Assembly (NCBI RefSeq): GCF_006345805.1
Contig: NC_043005.1
Coordinates: 108,686,001-108,750,000 of the forward strand
Source: Octopus sinensis
Taxonomy: Eukaryota
Direction: 5' to 3'
Length of the DNA: 64,000 nt
In this document: positions 51,960-64,000 of the stretch, piece by piece
Numbering within the stretch: the stretch's first letter is position 1
How the letters are laid out: each line of letters starts with the position of its first letter
The notes under the pieces: generated by a model
The model's database searches: none
Told to the model about the DNA's origin: nothing
Seen by the model: only the letters and a program-made list of their open reading frames with translations
Made by a program: the position numbers and the translations under genes

Positions 51960-51992
<33 letters not shown>

Positions 51993-52419
51993 CATTGTAC
52001 TTCTGCAACCTGGAGGAACTCGAGTAGATTCAACTAACCTAAAACAATAAATATGGAATGAAGCAAGTAAAAAAGATAAATCTGATTATGATGATGATGA
52101 TGATGATGATGATGGGGAGGAAGAGGAAAAGGAGAAGGAGGGGGACTGTGGTGATGGTGAGCTTGGTGTCAATAGAAATGATGATGACGATGATGATGAT
52201 GATGACAATGAGATTGACGAAAGAGGTTGGAGAAATTTGAACAGAAGTTCTTAAATTGTCATTGGTCAGCTGAGTATTGTACCAGATTAAATGAAGAATG
52301 CTTGACCAAGTGACCAAGACTTTCGAATTGACCATAACGATGTCACATTTGGTAACACGCTTCTCTCCACCAGCACTGTGTCCAGCCCATTTAGTGTTTG
52401 TGTAGTGGATATATTTAGG

Positions 52420-52850
52420 GAAGAGTGAAAGAGAGAGAGAGAGAGAGAGAGAAGGGGTGAGAGAGAGAGAGAGAAGGGGTGAGAGAGAGAGAAGGAGTGA
52501 GAGAGAAAAGAGAGAACAGGTGAGTGAGAGGAAGAGAGAGTAAATGAGTGAGAGAGAAAGAGAAGGGGTGAGAGAGAAGGAGGTGAGAGAGAGGGGTGAG
52601 AGAGAGAAAGGGTGAGAGAAAGAAGGGGGTGAAAGAGAAAGAGAGAGAGAGCAGGTAAGTAAGACAAAGAGAGAGAGAGAAAGGAATGAGTGACAGAGAA
52701 AGAGAGAGAGAAGGAAGAGAGGGGGTGAAAGAGAGAAAGGGAGAGAGAGCAAGTGAGAGAGAAAAACAAAGAGAAGGAGAGAGAGAAAGGGAGAGAAAGA
52801 GAGAGAGAGAGAGAAAGCAAGGTAGATTGATGCAAGAAGAGAAGGAAATA
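52420..52850. repeat. ~430-bp polypurine (GA-rich) tract
   Basis: Almost entirely G/A on the plus strand. Confidence 0.9.
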
Positions 52851-53468
52851 GACAAACAGGGTTTAACTGAAAATAACGAGAATAATAAGCATTTCTAATT
52901 TAGACTTAAGGCCAATAATTTCGAGGGGAGAGGGGTTAGTCGTTACTATCAACCCCAGTACTTGACTGGTGCTTTATTCTATTGACACCGAAAGGATGAA
53001 AGGCAAAGTTGACCTTGTTGGAATTTGAACTCACAACATAAAGCGCTGGAACAAATACCACAAAGCATTTTCCCAATGCTCTAGCAATTCCATCCAAGCT
53101 CAGCAATGAAAGATGGATCAAGAAAACTGAAACGAAAGACCTGATTATGTCCCATATAATTAATCAGTGAGATTTCATATAACCCTAACCCCCCTCTGCC
53201 CCTACTTTCATCTTTCACACCTTAAACACCCACCACCACCGCCGCCGCCACCACCTCACCACCACCACCACCACCACCATGCATGTTAATATTTCTTTAA
53301 TTTCTGTTGTCTTGGAGCCAATATTGACCTTTAAGGTCAGCTATTGCTACCCTTCCCCACCTTCAACCACCAAAACTCTCCCCACCACCACCACCACCAC
53401 CACCGCATAAAAAATCCTTCAGTGTACCTTTCACCACACCCATCCCCCCTACACACCCACCCACTCAC

Positions 53469-53557
53469 CTAATATGATCCCTACCGTAGCGTCAGGCCTT
53501 GAGCAAGTTTCACTACCCCCTCCTTCCATCACCAAATGAACATTCCACATCAGTGAT
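53469..53557 (-). CDS. Candidate exon ending in phase 1 ([30 protein letters not shown]); may be non-coding
   Basis: Consensus donor TAG|gtgagt followed by intronic G-runs; acceptor is weak. Confidence 0.25.
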
Positions 53558-54179
53558 CTAACCAGACATTCCTAATGCACACACACACACACACACACAG
53601 AGGCACAGACACGGACACACATTCACATGCATGCACATATACAGAGACATATGCACACACACACACACACACACACATGCATACACACAGACACACACAA
53701 TGAAGAGAATTCTTTAAGGTTCTGGCAGGCTTTTTTTTTTCCAGTGGAGGGAGTCAAAAGGGATGCGGATGGTGAGGGGGGGGCAGCTGGCACGAGAGTA
53801 GAGTGACGGGGTGGGGTAAAGGTGTGGCTACTTGGATCTTCTGCTTGCTTCTTATCCATTGCTTCCAATTTCTTCTTTCATTATTTTCAATTATTTTCTT
53901 TCATTCTTCTTCTTCTTCTTCTTCTTCTTCTTCCTTTTTTCTTCTCTTCCTCTCCTTCCTCCTCCTTCTCCTTCTTCTCCTCTTCCCCACCTTCCTCCTT
54001 CTCTCCCCTTTGTCTTTTCCTGCTGTTCTTTGTTTGTTGTTGTTGTGTCCCTACATACATATACACATATGCATGTGTGAGTGTGAATGTGTGTATATGC
54101 ACACATATGAATGTGTAAAATTCATATATATATATATATATGTATGTATGTATGTATCTCTCTCTCTCTCTCTCTCTCT

Positions 54180-54226
<47 letters not shown>

Positions 54227-54268
54227 TTATTTATATATATATGTTATATATATATATATAATTTATAT

Positions 54269-54335
<67 letters not shown>

Positions 54336-55712
54336 ATATATATATATGTATATATATAAATACTACACACATGTACAATCCATTTATGTCTGTTGTCTGC
54401 TGTCTGTCACTTTCATTTTTTCCACACTCTCTCTCTCTCTCACACACACACAAACACACACAAACACACACACACACACACACACACATATAATCTATCT
54501 GTCTCATTGTCTATTTGCATGTCTGTCGCTCTCTCTCTCTCTCTCTCATTCTCTCCGCATATCAACATCTCATCATCATCATCATCATCATCATCATATA
54601 TATATATACACATACACACACATAGAAATATATGATGTATGTTTACACACACACACACACATATGTACGGATGCATCCGCTCTGTAATTTCTGTCGCATT
54701 ACTCCAGCCAATTTTTGTCCTGACTCATTTCATCCTAAAACACAACCTTATCTCTTACCACTGCCACATGTCACCCTTCCTCCCTTATCACACAATCCTC
54801 TTCCTTCTACCCCTGCACCCCCACACTCAAACATACAACACATCTGTTCTTCTACCACCACCACCACCACCACCATCAACATCAACATTGCCGTCACTGA
54901 GCCAGTGAGAAAACCAATATGCTAGAAATAGCAGCCAAACAACACTTTCATTGTCTTAAAAATAAAACGACATATTGGATAATCCTGTACTAAGTTCCTT
55001 GAACAAGGGTAAAATATGTATTGGACATGGATAGAATATGTATGATCATAGTTCTGTTTACTTAGAACTTGCCTAGGGTTAAACAGTATTAACTATATCA
55101 CTAGCATACCAATAGCAAACATCATCATTGTAATTAACCACCAAGATGTCTAGACCACTATCATCACTGTTATCACCACCATCACCACCAACAACACTGC
55201 CATACTGCTACAAACACCATCATACCATCATGAGCACCATACCACCACCACTCATGAGAAGTTACTGAAGTGGACTCTATATAGACAGTGTGCTAGAAAC
55301 AGTAGGCAAAAATGTTCCTTAAATCACAGTTTTTGGGTCTAGAAAAGACAGCAAATATTTCAGATAGTTCAGTCCTAGATACTCTTAAACACACAAGAAC
55401 GTCATGGCTGGATTGCATTTGTTTATATATAGATCTGCTTTGACCAATTGTTGACCTGGGGCTAAACAACCCCACCACAACAAAACCCACTTTCTTCAAT
55501 GCCATCACCGCCATGACCACCACCACTACTACCACCATTACTACCACCAGTTTTCATATCTTTTTACCTTAACCATTCTTCATATTTTGGCATGAGAGAA
55601 AGAGAGAGAGAAGGGTGGCGGTGGTGGTGGTGGTACGGTACTGGTAGCAGGGGGTTAGTCTGAGTCATACCACTCACTCACTTACCCATCTTTAACTCTC
55701 TTAGCCACCAAT

Positions 55713-55752
<40 letters not shown>

Positions 55753-56288
55753 ATAATACTTTTTACTTTCATTTTCAAGTATTGCTATCTTACTCTTCTC
55801 ATCCTTATGAAGTCTAAAAGCTATTTTCCCTCCATCACCACAACCACCACCACCACCACCACCACCACCACCACAAGCACTACCTCCATCATTGCCATCA
55901 CCACCACCACCACTACCACCACCACCACCATTACCATACTTTTTATAGTCTTTCCCTCTTTCTATCACCACCATCCCACCAACTCTCCCATCCATTTCTG
56001 TCCCTCTCTTCGTTCACTCCACCTCTCTCATTCTCTCTCTCTCTCATTCTCCCTCTCTCTCTCTCTCTCTTTCTTTCTCTCTCTCTCTCTGAGACTTTGA
56101 CTTTCTAATCTTTGTTCTTTTTATTGTTTTCCTTTTGACTTGTTTATTGTATTGCTTATTATTTTTTCCTCCCTAATATGCGTATATGTATATGGGTGTA
56201 TGCATACATGAAGGTAAGTATGTATGCATATGTGTGTGTGTGTGCACGTGTGTATGTGTATTCATATAATGCGTACACATCCACCCAT

Positions 56289-56324
<36 letters not shown>

Positions 56325-56352
56325 TATTATATGTATGTATATATATATAAAT

Positions 56353-56384
<32 letters not shown>

Positions 56385-56471
56385 CATACATACATATATA
56401 TATATATAATATATACATACAATATATACATATATACATATTACATATATACATATTACATATACATATAC

Positions 56472-56504
<33 letters not shown>

Positions 56505-56593
56505 CATAATATACATATATATATACATACACACACATATATATATATATATATATTATATATACATAACATATATATATATATATATATATG

Positions 56594-56633
<40 letters not shown>

Positions 56634-57217
56634 ATATACATACGCCCTATTGTAACTACTTTCTGTTTTCTTCCCCTCCACACATCTTCCATCTATTTAT
56701 TTAATAGTCCATCTGTCTATCTGTCTGTCTCTCTGTCTGTCTCTCTGTCTGTGTATCTCACTAAACCTATCTCCCTTTCTTTCAACTGCTTTCTCTCTTC
56801 ATCTATATGTCCATGTTTCCCCCCTTTCTATCCAACCCCACACTTTTTTTTCCAGCCCTGTTCCCTCCACCCACCCGACAGACATGAAATGGCGAAGATG
56901 ATGATGGTGGTGGTATTAGTTCTATGGTTTCTGTTATTTTTAGGTGTTGACTGGTTGGTTACATGTTTAGTCCAAGATCAGCACTGAGTGAGCTGTCCTA
57001 AGATCAAAGATATTCCAGCGATAACCATTCCATGTTTCATTCACACGTAATATATTTAGGACAATACAATTTAATGTATTGCTTTTTTTTTTGACCGGCT
57101 TGTCATTTTTATATATCATGGACAACAATGTCTAGACAGCTAAGCATGATTTAGAGGAGATTTAGCTGCAATTTCTAGCAAGTTGAATGACCTTGTACAG
57201 ACTCAGGCTAAATCATT

Positions 57218-57250
<33 letters not shown>

Positions 57251-58301
57251 GTTTAATGTCTGTTTTCCATGCTGGCATGGGTAAGACAGTTTGACCGAGG
57301 TCTGGGAAGCCAGGAGGCTGCACCAGGCCCCAATCTGATCTGGCAGTGTTTCTACAGCTGAATGCCCTTCCTAATGCCAACCACTCCAAGAGTGTAGTGG
57401 GTGCCTTTTATGTGTCACCGGCACAGGGGCCAAAGGAGCTGGCATCTACCATGATCGGATGGTGCTTTACACGTGCCACCAGCTCGGAAGCCAGTCAAAG
57501 CGGCACTGGCATCAGCCATGTTCGAATGGTGCTTTGTATATTATATATTGATGACGACTGTACCATCACTTTTTATTATCTGGATAAATATTGTCTGGTT
57601 AAGTGTGGAATAAAAAACAAAAGGGGGCAATGACAAGTGACTGGGGCCTTTGGTGATATGTTGTACTTGAGAAGACTTGTTAAGCCAAGTGAAATCGCAG
57701 TTGTGGCTGTTGCTAGTGTCATGCAAATGGCACCTGTGAAATCGTAGTCATGGCTATTGCTGAGACCCCCTTCGGTCACAACACAGACCATGGGATTACA
57801 CCTAGAAAGTTACCCTCCCAGGCACAAGTTCGGGCAAGGTTGTTTATGGAAGACCAGCAGTCGCCCATGCATCCCGGCCTCCTTCCTCCACGCTACCTGT
57901 GTTATCCAAGGGAAAGTCAAGGGCCGATACAGCTTGGTACCTGTGACGTCGCAACTCATTTCTACAGCTGAGTGAACTGGAGCAATGTGAAATAAAGTGT
58001 CTTGCTCAAGAACACAACACGCAGCCTGGTCCGGGATTCGAGCTCACAACCTCACGATCGTAAACTCGACGCTCTAACCACTGAGCCATGCGCCTTCATG
58101 GATATTGCTATTGTCAAGTAAATGGCATCCATGTCAGTGGCATGTGAAAAGCACCCATTACACTCTTGGAGTAGTTGGCATTTAGGGAGGGCATTCAGCC
58201 ATGGAAACCATGCAAAATCAGACCGGAACTTGGTGCAGCCTTCTGGCTTATCAATTCCAGTCAGACCATCTAACCCATGCCAGCGTGGAAAGCAAATGTT
58301 A

Positions 58302-58334
<33 letters not shown>

Positions 58335-59129
58335 AATGATGATGAAGATGAAGATGACGATGACGACAATGACAATGATGATCCCTTTCTTGAAAATAAT
58401 GGTTGGTGACTAGGTTGACTAGAAGAGCAATCAGCCATAAAAATACTGCTTCAACTAGTACCTTATCCACACACATGGTAGCATGGGTGATGTTGATAAA
58501 ATAAATAAATATATGAGACATAATGAAGAGAGCCAGGTCTTATGGATATGTAATGTTAACATGCTTGGAAGTTGGAGTCATCATCATTTTCGTTGTCATC
58601 GTCATCATTAATTATTAAGCAATTTAGTTTCCTTAAATTGTCCCTATTCAGTGAGGATATGAGCTCTTTTGAGCTTGGTGCCCCTTTTTTTAGGGGAGAA
58701 GGAGTGGGATGCAGGGATATTAGTCCATCTTAGAACAGGTTACTTCATTGTCCAAGTGGTCAGTGTGGTAGTTTGAACCCAGGACACACAGAACTAGCAT
58801 AGGACACCATAAAGCATTACCATTCCATGCTCTGGCAATTCAGCTAATTTACCATTTCATCTGGTATTTTATTTTATTGATACTAGAAGGGTGAAAGATG
58901 AAGCTGATCTTGGCAAGACTAGAACTCAGTGCATAGCAAACTGGACCAAATACCCGTGTAGTAGTTAACCTGACACCCTAACAACTCTACCGATTCATCA
59001 CCGTAATTAGGCAAATAAGAGAGAGAGAAAGCGTGAGAGTGAGAGAGAGAAGAGGGAAGGAAGAGCAGCTGGGTGCTAAAGGTAGCTAATGATGAAGTGA
59101 AGGGGAGACAATTGAGACAGTAAGTTTAT

Positions 59130-59366
59130 TATTTCTTTATTGCCCACAAGGGGCTAAACATAGAGGGGACAAACAAGGACAGACAAAGGGATTAAGTCGA
59201 ATACATCATCCCCAGTGCATAACTGGTACTTAATTTATCGACCCCGAAAGGATGAAAGGCAAAGTCGACCTCGGGGGAATTTGAACTCAGCACATAGTGG
59301 CAGATGAAATACCGCCAAGCATTTCGCCCGGCGTGCTAACGTTTCTGCCAGCTCGCCGCCTTCATA
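59130..59366 (-). mobile_element. Full-length SINE family B with TSD
   Basis: TSD GAGA(C/G)AGTAAGTTTAT at 59114-29 and 59367-82; head GGCGGCGAGCTGGCAGAAACG; B box GAGTTCAAAT. Confidence 0.92.
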
Positions 59367-60034
59367 GAGAGAGTAAGTTTATGTGCTGTGAAAGGATAAT
59401 GGATTTGGGTCCGAAAGTGCTGTTAGCAGGAAGTAAAAGATAGCGTGTACTGTCAGCAGTGTGGTGAAAAGTACCCTTGGACAAGAAATATAGCAGAAAA
59501 CATAGGTAAAACTGGTAAAACTAGATCCTGGAATACTAGATTTCACAGATCACATGTCTAATGAGATAGTCAGGTAGTTACATGTTAAACAGTATGCATA
59601 TTGCACTGGTAGTAATATGGAAAGGAGAATGCAGAAATGAATCATTGAAGGGGTCTCTAGGTGACCGCCAATCAGTCTGCTGGAAACAGAAATCATATCT
59701 CTCTAAAAATCTCAAACAATCATTGTCATTGAAGAGGAAAAAACAACATTGGATAATAGAGATATTAAAAGACATGTCTGAAAAGCTTGGAAAAAAATAT
59801 GGCTATGTCTGGAAAATCTTTTATCACATAACTACTCAATATGAGATGACCTGGGGTTAAAAAGAGAATAACTAACATCAGAATGCTGCTGCTGCTGCTG
59901 ATGATGATCATGATAATGATGATGGTGATTACAATGACAATGATGGTCATAGCAATTCTACTGATAAATATGGTGATGATGATGATGATGATGGACATGT
60001 TAAGAGAGAGGATGCACAGCTACAGATGCTGCTG

Positions 60035-60743
60035 TTGCTGTTGAGTGAACAGTCTTCGTCCCAGAGCTCACAAGATGGGAGAAGTCCGATATGGAGTCCT
60101 TTTGCTATTCGTAAGACCCGCAGAAGAGAAAGCAGGTCAACTCCCAACACCGAGAGCATTGATGGATGGATGAATGCGCATCCAGGCTCAGCGGTTGTGT
60201 AGGAAGTCGGGGACAAAAAACAGGAAGAAAGAGTGAGAGAAAGTTGGAGCAAAAGAGTACAACAGGGGTCGCCACCATCCCCTGCTGGATCCTCGTGGAG
60301 CTTTAGGTGTTTTCGCTCAATAAACGCACACAACACCTGGTCTGGGAATCGAAACCGTGATCCTCTGACCGCAAGTTCGCTGCCCTAACCACTGGGCCAT
60401 TGCACCTCCACTTGCTGTTGCTGTTGCTGATGAGCGAACGGTCTTCCTCCCAGAGCTTGCAAGATGGGAGAAGTCCGAAACATGGTCCTTTGCTATTTGT
60501 AAGACCTGCAGAAGAGAAAGCAGGTCAACCCTCATCACTGAGAGCATCGATGGATGGATGAATATGAATCCAGCATCCAGGCTCAGTGGTTGCGTAGGAA
60601 GTCAGGGACAAGAAACAGGAAGAAAGAGTGAGAGAAAGGTGTTTTCGCTCAATAAACACACACAATGCCCGGTCTGGGAATTGAATCCGCGATCCTCCGA
60701 CCACAAGTCCGCTGCCCTAACCACTGGGCCATTGTGCCTCCAC
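60035..60743 (-). mobile_element. Head-to-tail pair of family C SINEs
   Basis: Two copies (60035-60411 and 60412-60743) homologous to 22198-22562; TGCTGCTG on both flanks. Confidence 0.85.
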
Positions 60744-60994
60744 TGCTGCTGAGGCTGAGATTTTATCTCACAACTTGAGTTTCATGCCAATGTAAACTTC
60801 AGATGAAAGTGTGTATATATATGTGTGTGTGTGTGTGTGTGTTGACACTGCCAGATTGAATGGTACTGTCCAGGTGTCGAAACCATAATGATATACGTGG
60901 AGCAGCCGATGATGAACGTATGTTGGATCGTTGGTATGGCTCTGGAATAGTATTATAAGACATCCTTTTGATATATACATATATATATATATAC

Positions 60995-61026
<32 letters not shown>

Positions 61027-61094
61027 TTGACAAAATTAAGGATAAAACTACTTTAAAGGATGAAACTGCTGCTGATGATAATGATGATGATTAC

Positions 61095-61132
<38 letters not shown>

Positions 61133-61254
61133 AATGATGATGGTGATTACGACGACAATGATGGCCATGGCAAATGTGGTGATGCTGCTCATGATGATGA
61201 TGATGATGATGATGGACATGTTAAGAGAGAGAGGATGCACAGCTACAGATGCTG

Positions 61255-61670
61255 CTGACTTGCGGGAACACAATAGATAGAGAGAGAGGAGCGGACACAG
61301 ACGACGGTGTTGACACAGATCAGCACACTGTACACAGAGGGAGTTTTTCCTGGCGTTGTCCACAGTGTCCACTTCCTCTAGACATCGTCTGTACGGCTGA
61401 TGTACGATCTGTAGGATGTTGATTGGTTAGAGTGCAGTCTTTAGATGTTGACGAGGTAGATGACAACATCTATAGATTTCCTTTTGTATCGTATAAACTA
61501 TGTGAGTTTCTGGATATTGATTCTGTCATTCGTGTTCGACAACAAAGTAAACGAGAACATTATGATTGGTTATTCCTGAATTAGTTATCACAGTCTATTA
61601 TCATTTCTGTTTATTCCGCTGAGCTCCAGCAAGATGAAAAGGTTATCTAAATCCTGACAAGATTCCAGTT
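61255..61670. promoter_or_regulatory. CpG-retaining unique region with two CCAAT boxes; possible promoter or first exon
   Basis: About 14 CpGs in ~365 bp against a CpG-poor background; GATTGGTT at ~61404 and ~61564. Confidence 0.3.
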
Positions 61671-62638
61671 GGGACTTTCTATCTATCTTTCTATCTCTCT
61701 CACTCACTCTCTTTCTCTCGCTCTGATTCTCTATCTATCTATCTATCTATCTTTATCTTTATCTCTTTGTCTATCAATCTGTCTCTTTCCTCAAAAATGT
61801 TGGCGTTTGCCACTGCTCTGTAAATCTCTGTTCTGTCACTATATTCTCTCCTGTTGTAATAATGTGGGGTGGAGGAACTTGTCTGTAGGCAGGTAGGAAG
61901 TTTCAAATGACAGAAGAGAAAGGGAGAGAGGGGGTGGGAGAAAGAGGATGGGAGAATAGAGAGGAAAGGGAGACAAGAGAGTGATGATGAGAGTGAGTGT
62001 GAAAAGTGAAAAGGGGAAATCAAAAATAGAGAGGGAGAGAGAGAGGGGAAGGAGGAGGAAGAGAAAGATGAGATGGTTAAAATAGAGATGAGAAATAAAG
62101 AGATGAGAGAAGAAAAGGGAGAGAAGATAATAATGGTATCTCTAAAGGTGTGGGTTATATCTTAGAAAAGGAGAAAGTAGCAAAGAAGAGGAGAGGAGGG
62201 TTTAGTGAGAGAAACTAACTTGTTTTGAGAAAGTGAGAGGGGGCGTGGATGTGGAGAGAAAGTAAGTTTGAAATGGAAGAGGGAGAGAAGGAGAGAGAAA
62301 GAGAGAGGGAATGTGACAGAGACAAAGCCAAAAACACACACCAACAGTAAAAATGACAGATCAAAATAGAGACATGTGAAATTGCATATCAATACATTTG
62401 TGTGTGTATATGTGTATGTGTTGGTGTGTGTATCACACTCACACGCATGCATATATATATATATACATATACATATATATATATATATAATATATATATA
62501 TATATAATATATATATATATATAAACATATATATATATATATAATATATATATATATATAAACATATATATAAACATATATATGTGTGTTTGTGAGTATT
62601 ACAGACATAGATATCATATATATATATATATATGCATG

Positions 62639-62674
<36 letters not shown>

Positions 62675-63463
62675 TGTATGTACACACATGCACATGCACA
62701 CACATGTATATATGTGGGGAAAGTTAGAGGAGGACGGAGATCCAGGAAGCATAGTGCATGTGGACGTGAGTAAATATATTTTGTGTATGTATGTGTATGT
62801 GGGTTAGTGTGTATGCATGTGAATGCATGTATGACATGGCGTTTAAGTACAAGCATGCATGACAATGTTTGCGTATACATGAATCTGCACATATCTGCAT
62901 GCATGCATGTATGTATATATATATGTATGTATGTATGCATGTATGTATATATGTATGTATGTATGTATGCATGTATGTGTGTGTGTGTATGTATGTGTGT
63001 GTATGTGAAGGTATTACATAACAAAGCTTTTCAATGATTTTATGCATCAGTGCACACTAGTTTGTTTGATGATGATGATAATGATGACGGTTGCAAAGCG
63101 GTGATGGTGGTGGTGGTGGTGGTGGTGATAGGGTCGAGATAGGGAAGAAGATGGGGTAGGAGGTGATGTTCAGCAGGGATCACAGTGGTAGTAGAGAATG
63201 GTAATGTCGCAATAACAGTGCCGCCAAGGGGTTAATTAAACGGGTAAGATGGCTGTAAATCAGCGATAGAACAATCATCAATCAGTGGTAGTATTGCGGT
63301 AAATTAACGGTGAGATCTTAACGAGCATTTCTTTATGAATAATGCATTTTGGTATTGATTAACAGGCTTTTATTGGTTGATATGTATGGTCAATGTGAAT
63401 GGCTGAACAAGCACGAGATATTGAAGGGGTCTTGTCGATGATGTCTGCCAATTCACAGATCAA

Positions 63464-63538
<75 letters not shown>

Positions 63539-63609
63539 GTTTGTGTGTGTGTGTGTTTATATGTTTGAATGTATATTCATATAGAGACATGTGTATGGGT
63601 GTGTGTGCG

Positions 63610-63641
<32 letters not shown>

Positions 63642-63707
63642 TACATATATATACATACATATATACACACATATATATACATACATATATACATATATAA
63701 CCTTATA

Positions 63708-63738
<31 letters not shown>

Positions 63739-64000
63739 CATATATAACCTTATATATATATATGCATACACATATAACCTCATATATATATATGTATGTA
63801 TGCATGATGCATGTATATAGCTATATGTATACACACATATGGTCATATTTGAGCATATGTATATAATATCTCTGTCTTTCCTAGATGGAAATGAATATCT
63901 GGGAAGACAGAGTATAAATGAATAAATTAGCACCACTATTACCACCACCACATTCTCCTCATTACATTACTGGTACACAAAGAGGTGAACTGGCAGAATT

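Noticed and set aside
59450-59860. ORFs at 59578-59860
   Set aside because: They look like heavily decayed LINE-type coding debris with stops; I could not assign them confidently.
442-63951. Numerous long ORFs rich in YI, HT, CV, SL or poly-H/I/M/S
   Set aside because: They are translations of (TA)n, (CA)n, (TACA)n, (GA)n and (CAT)n microsatellites, which lack stop codons.

Overview
This is AT-rich, microsatellite-saturated eukaryotic DNA. The repeat content (several tRNA-derived SINE families, RTE and R4/Dong-type LINEs, Penelope-like pieces) looks like an octopus or other coleoid cephalopod intron/intergenic region; that assignment is my recognition, not a database result. Almost all ORF-track entries are translations of (TA)n, (CA)n, (TACA)n, (CAT)n or (GA)n repeats or of transposon debris. 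Supported mobile DNA: a young 5'-truncated RTE LINE (~12.9-15.4 kb), two R4/Dong-like LINE fragments, CR1-like fragments, a decayed mariner interrupted by a SINE, Helitron-like and MITE-like elements, and about 40 SINE or LINE-tail copies. There are also three ~1.2-kb duplications, a 64-bp minisatellite and a 100-N gap. No host gene can be named; only a low-confidence chain of small minus-strand exons is visible. The best-supported unusual signal is a dispersed set of type I hammerhead ribozyme motifs, at least 7 recognisable and 3 with all core nucleotides. Several sit inside or next to fold-back inverted repeats, and one is flanked by an 11-bp target-site duplication. A much more speculative signal is a pair of similar phase-2 exons that would complete a split TG|N codon as Cys (CQFC) or UGA (CQFU). 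Repeat boundaries are approximate unless TSDs are quoted.
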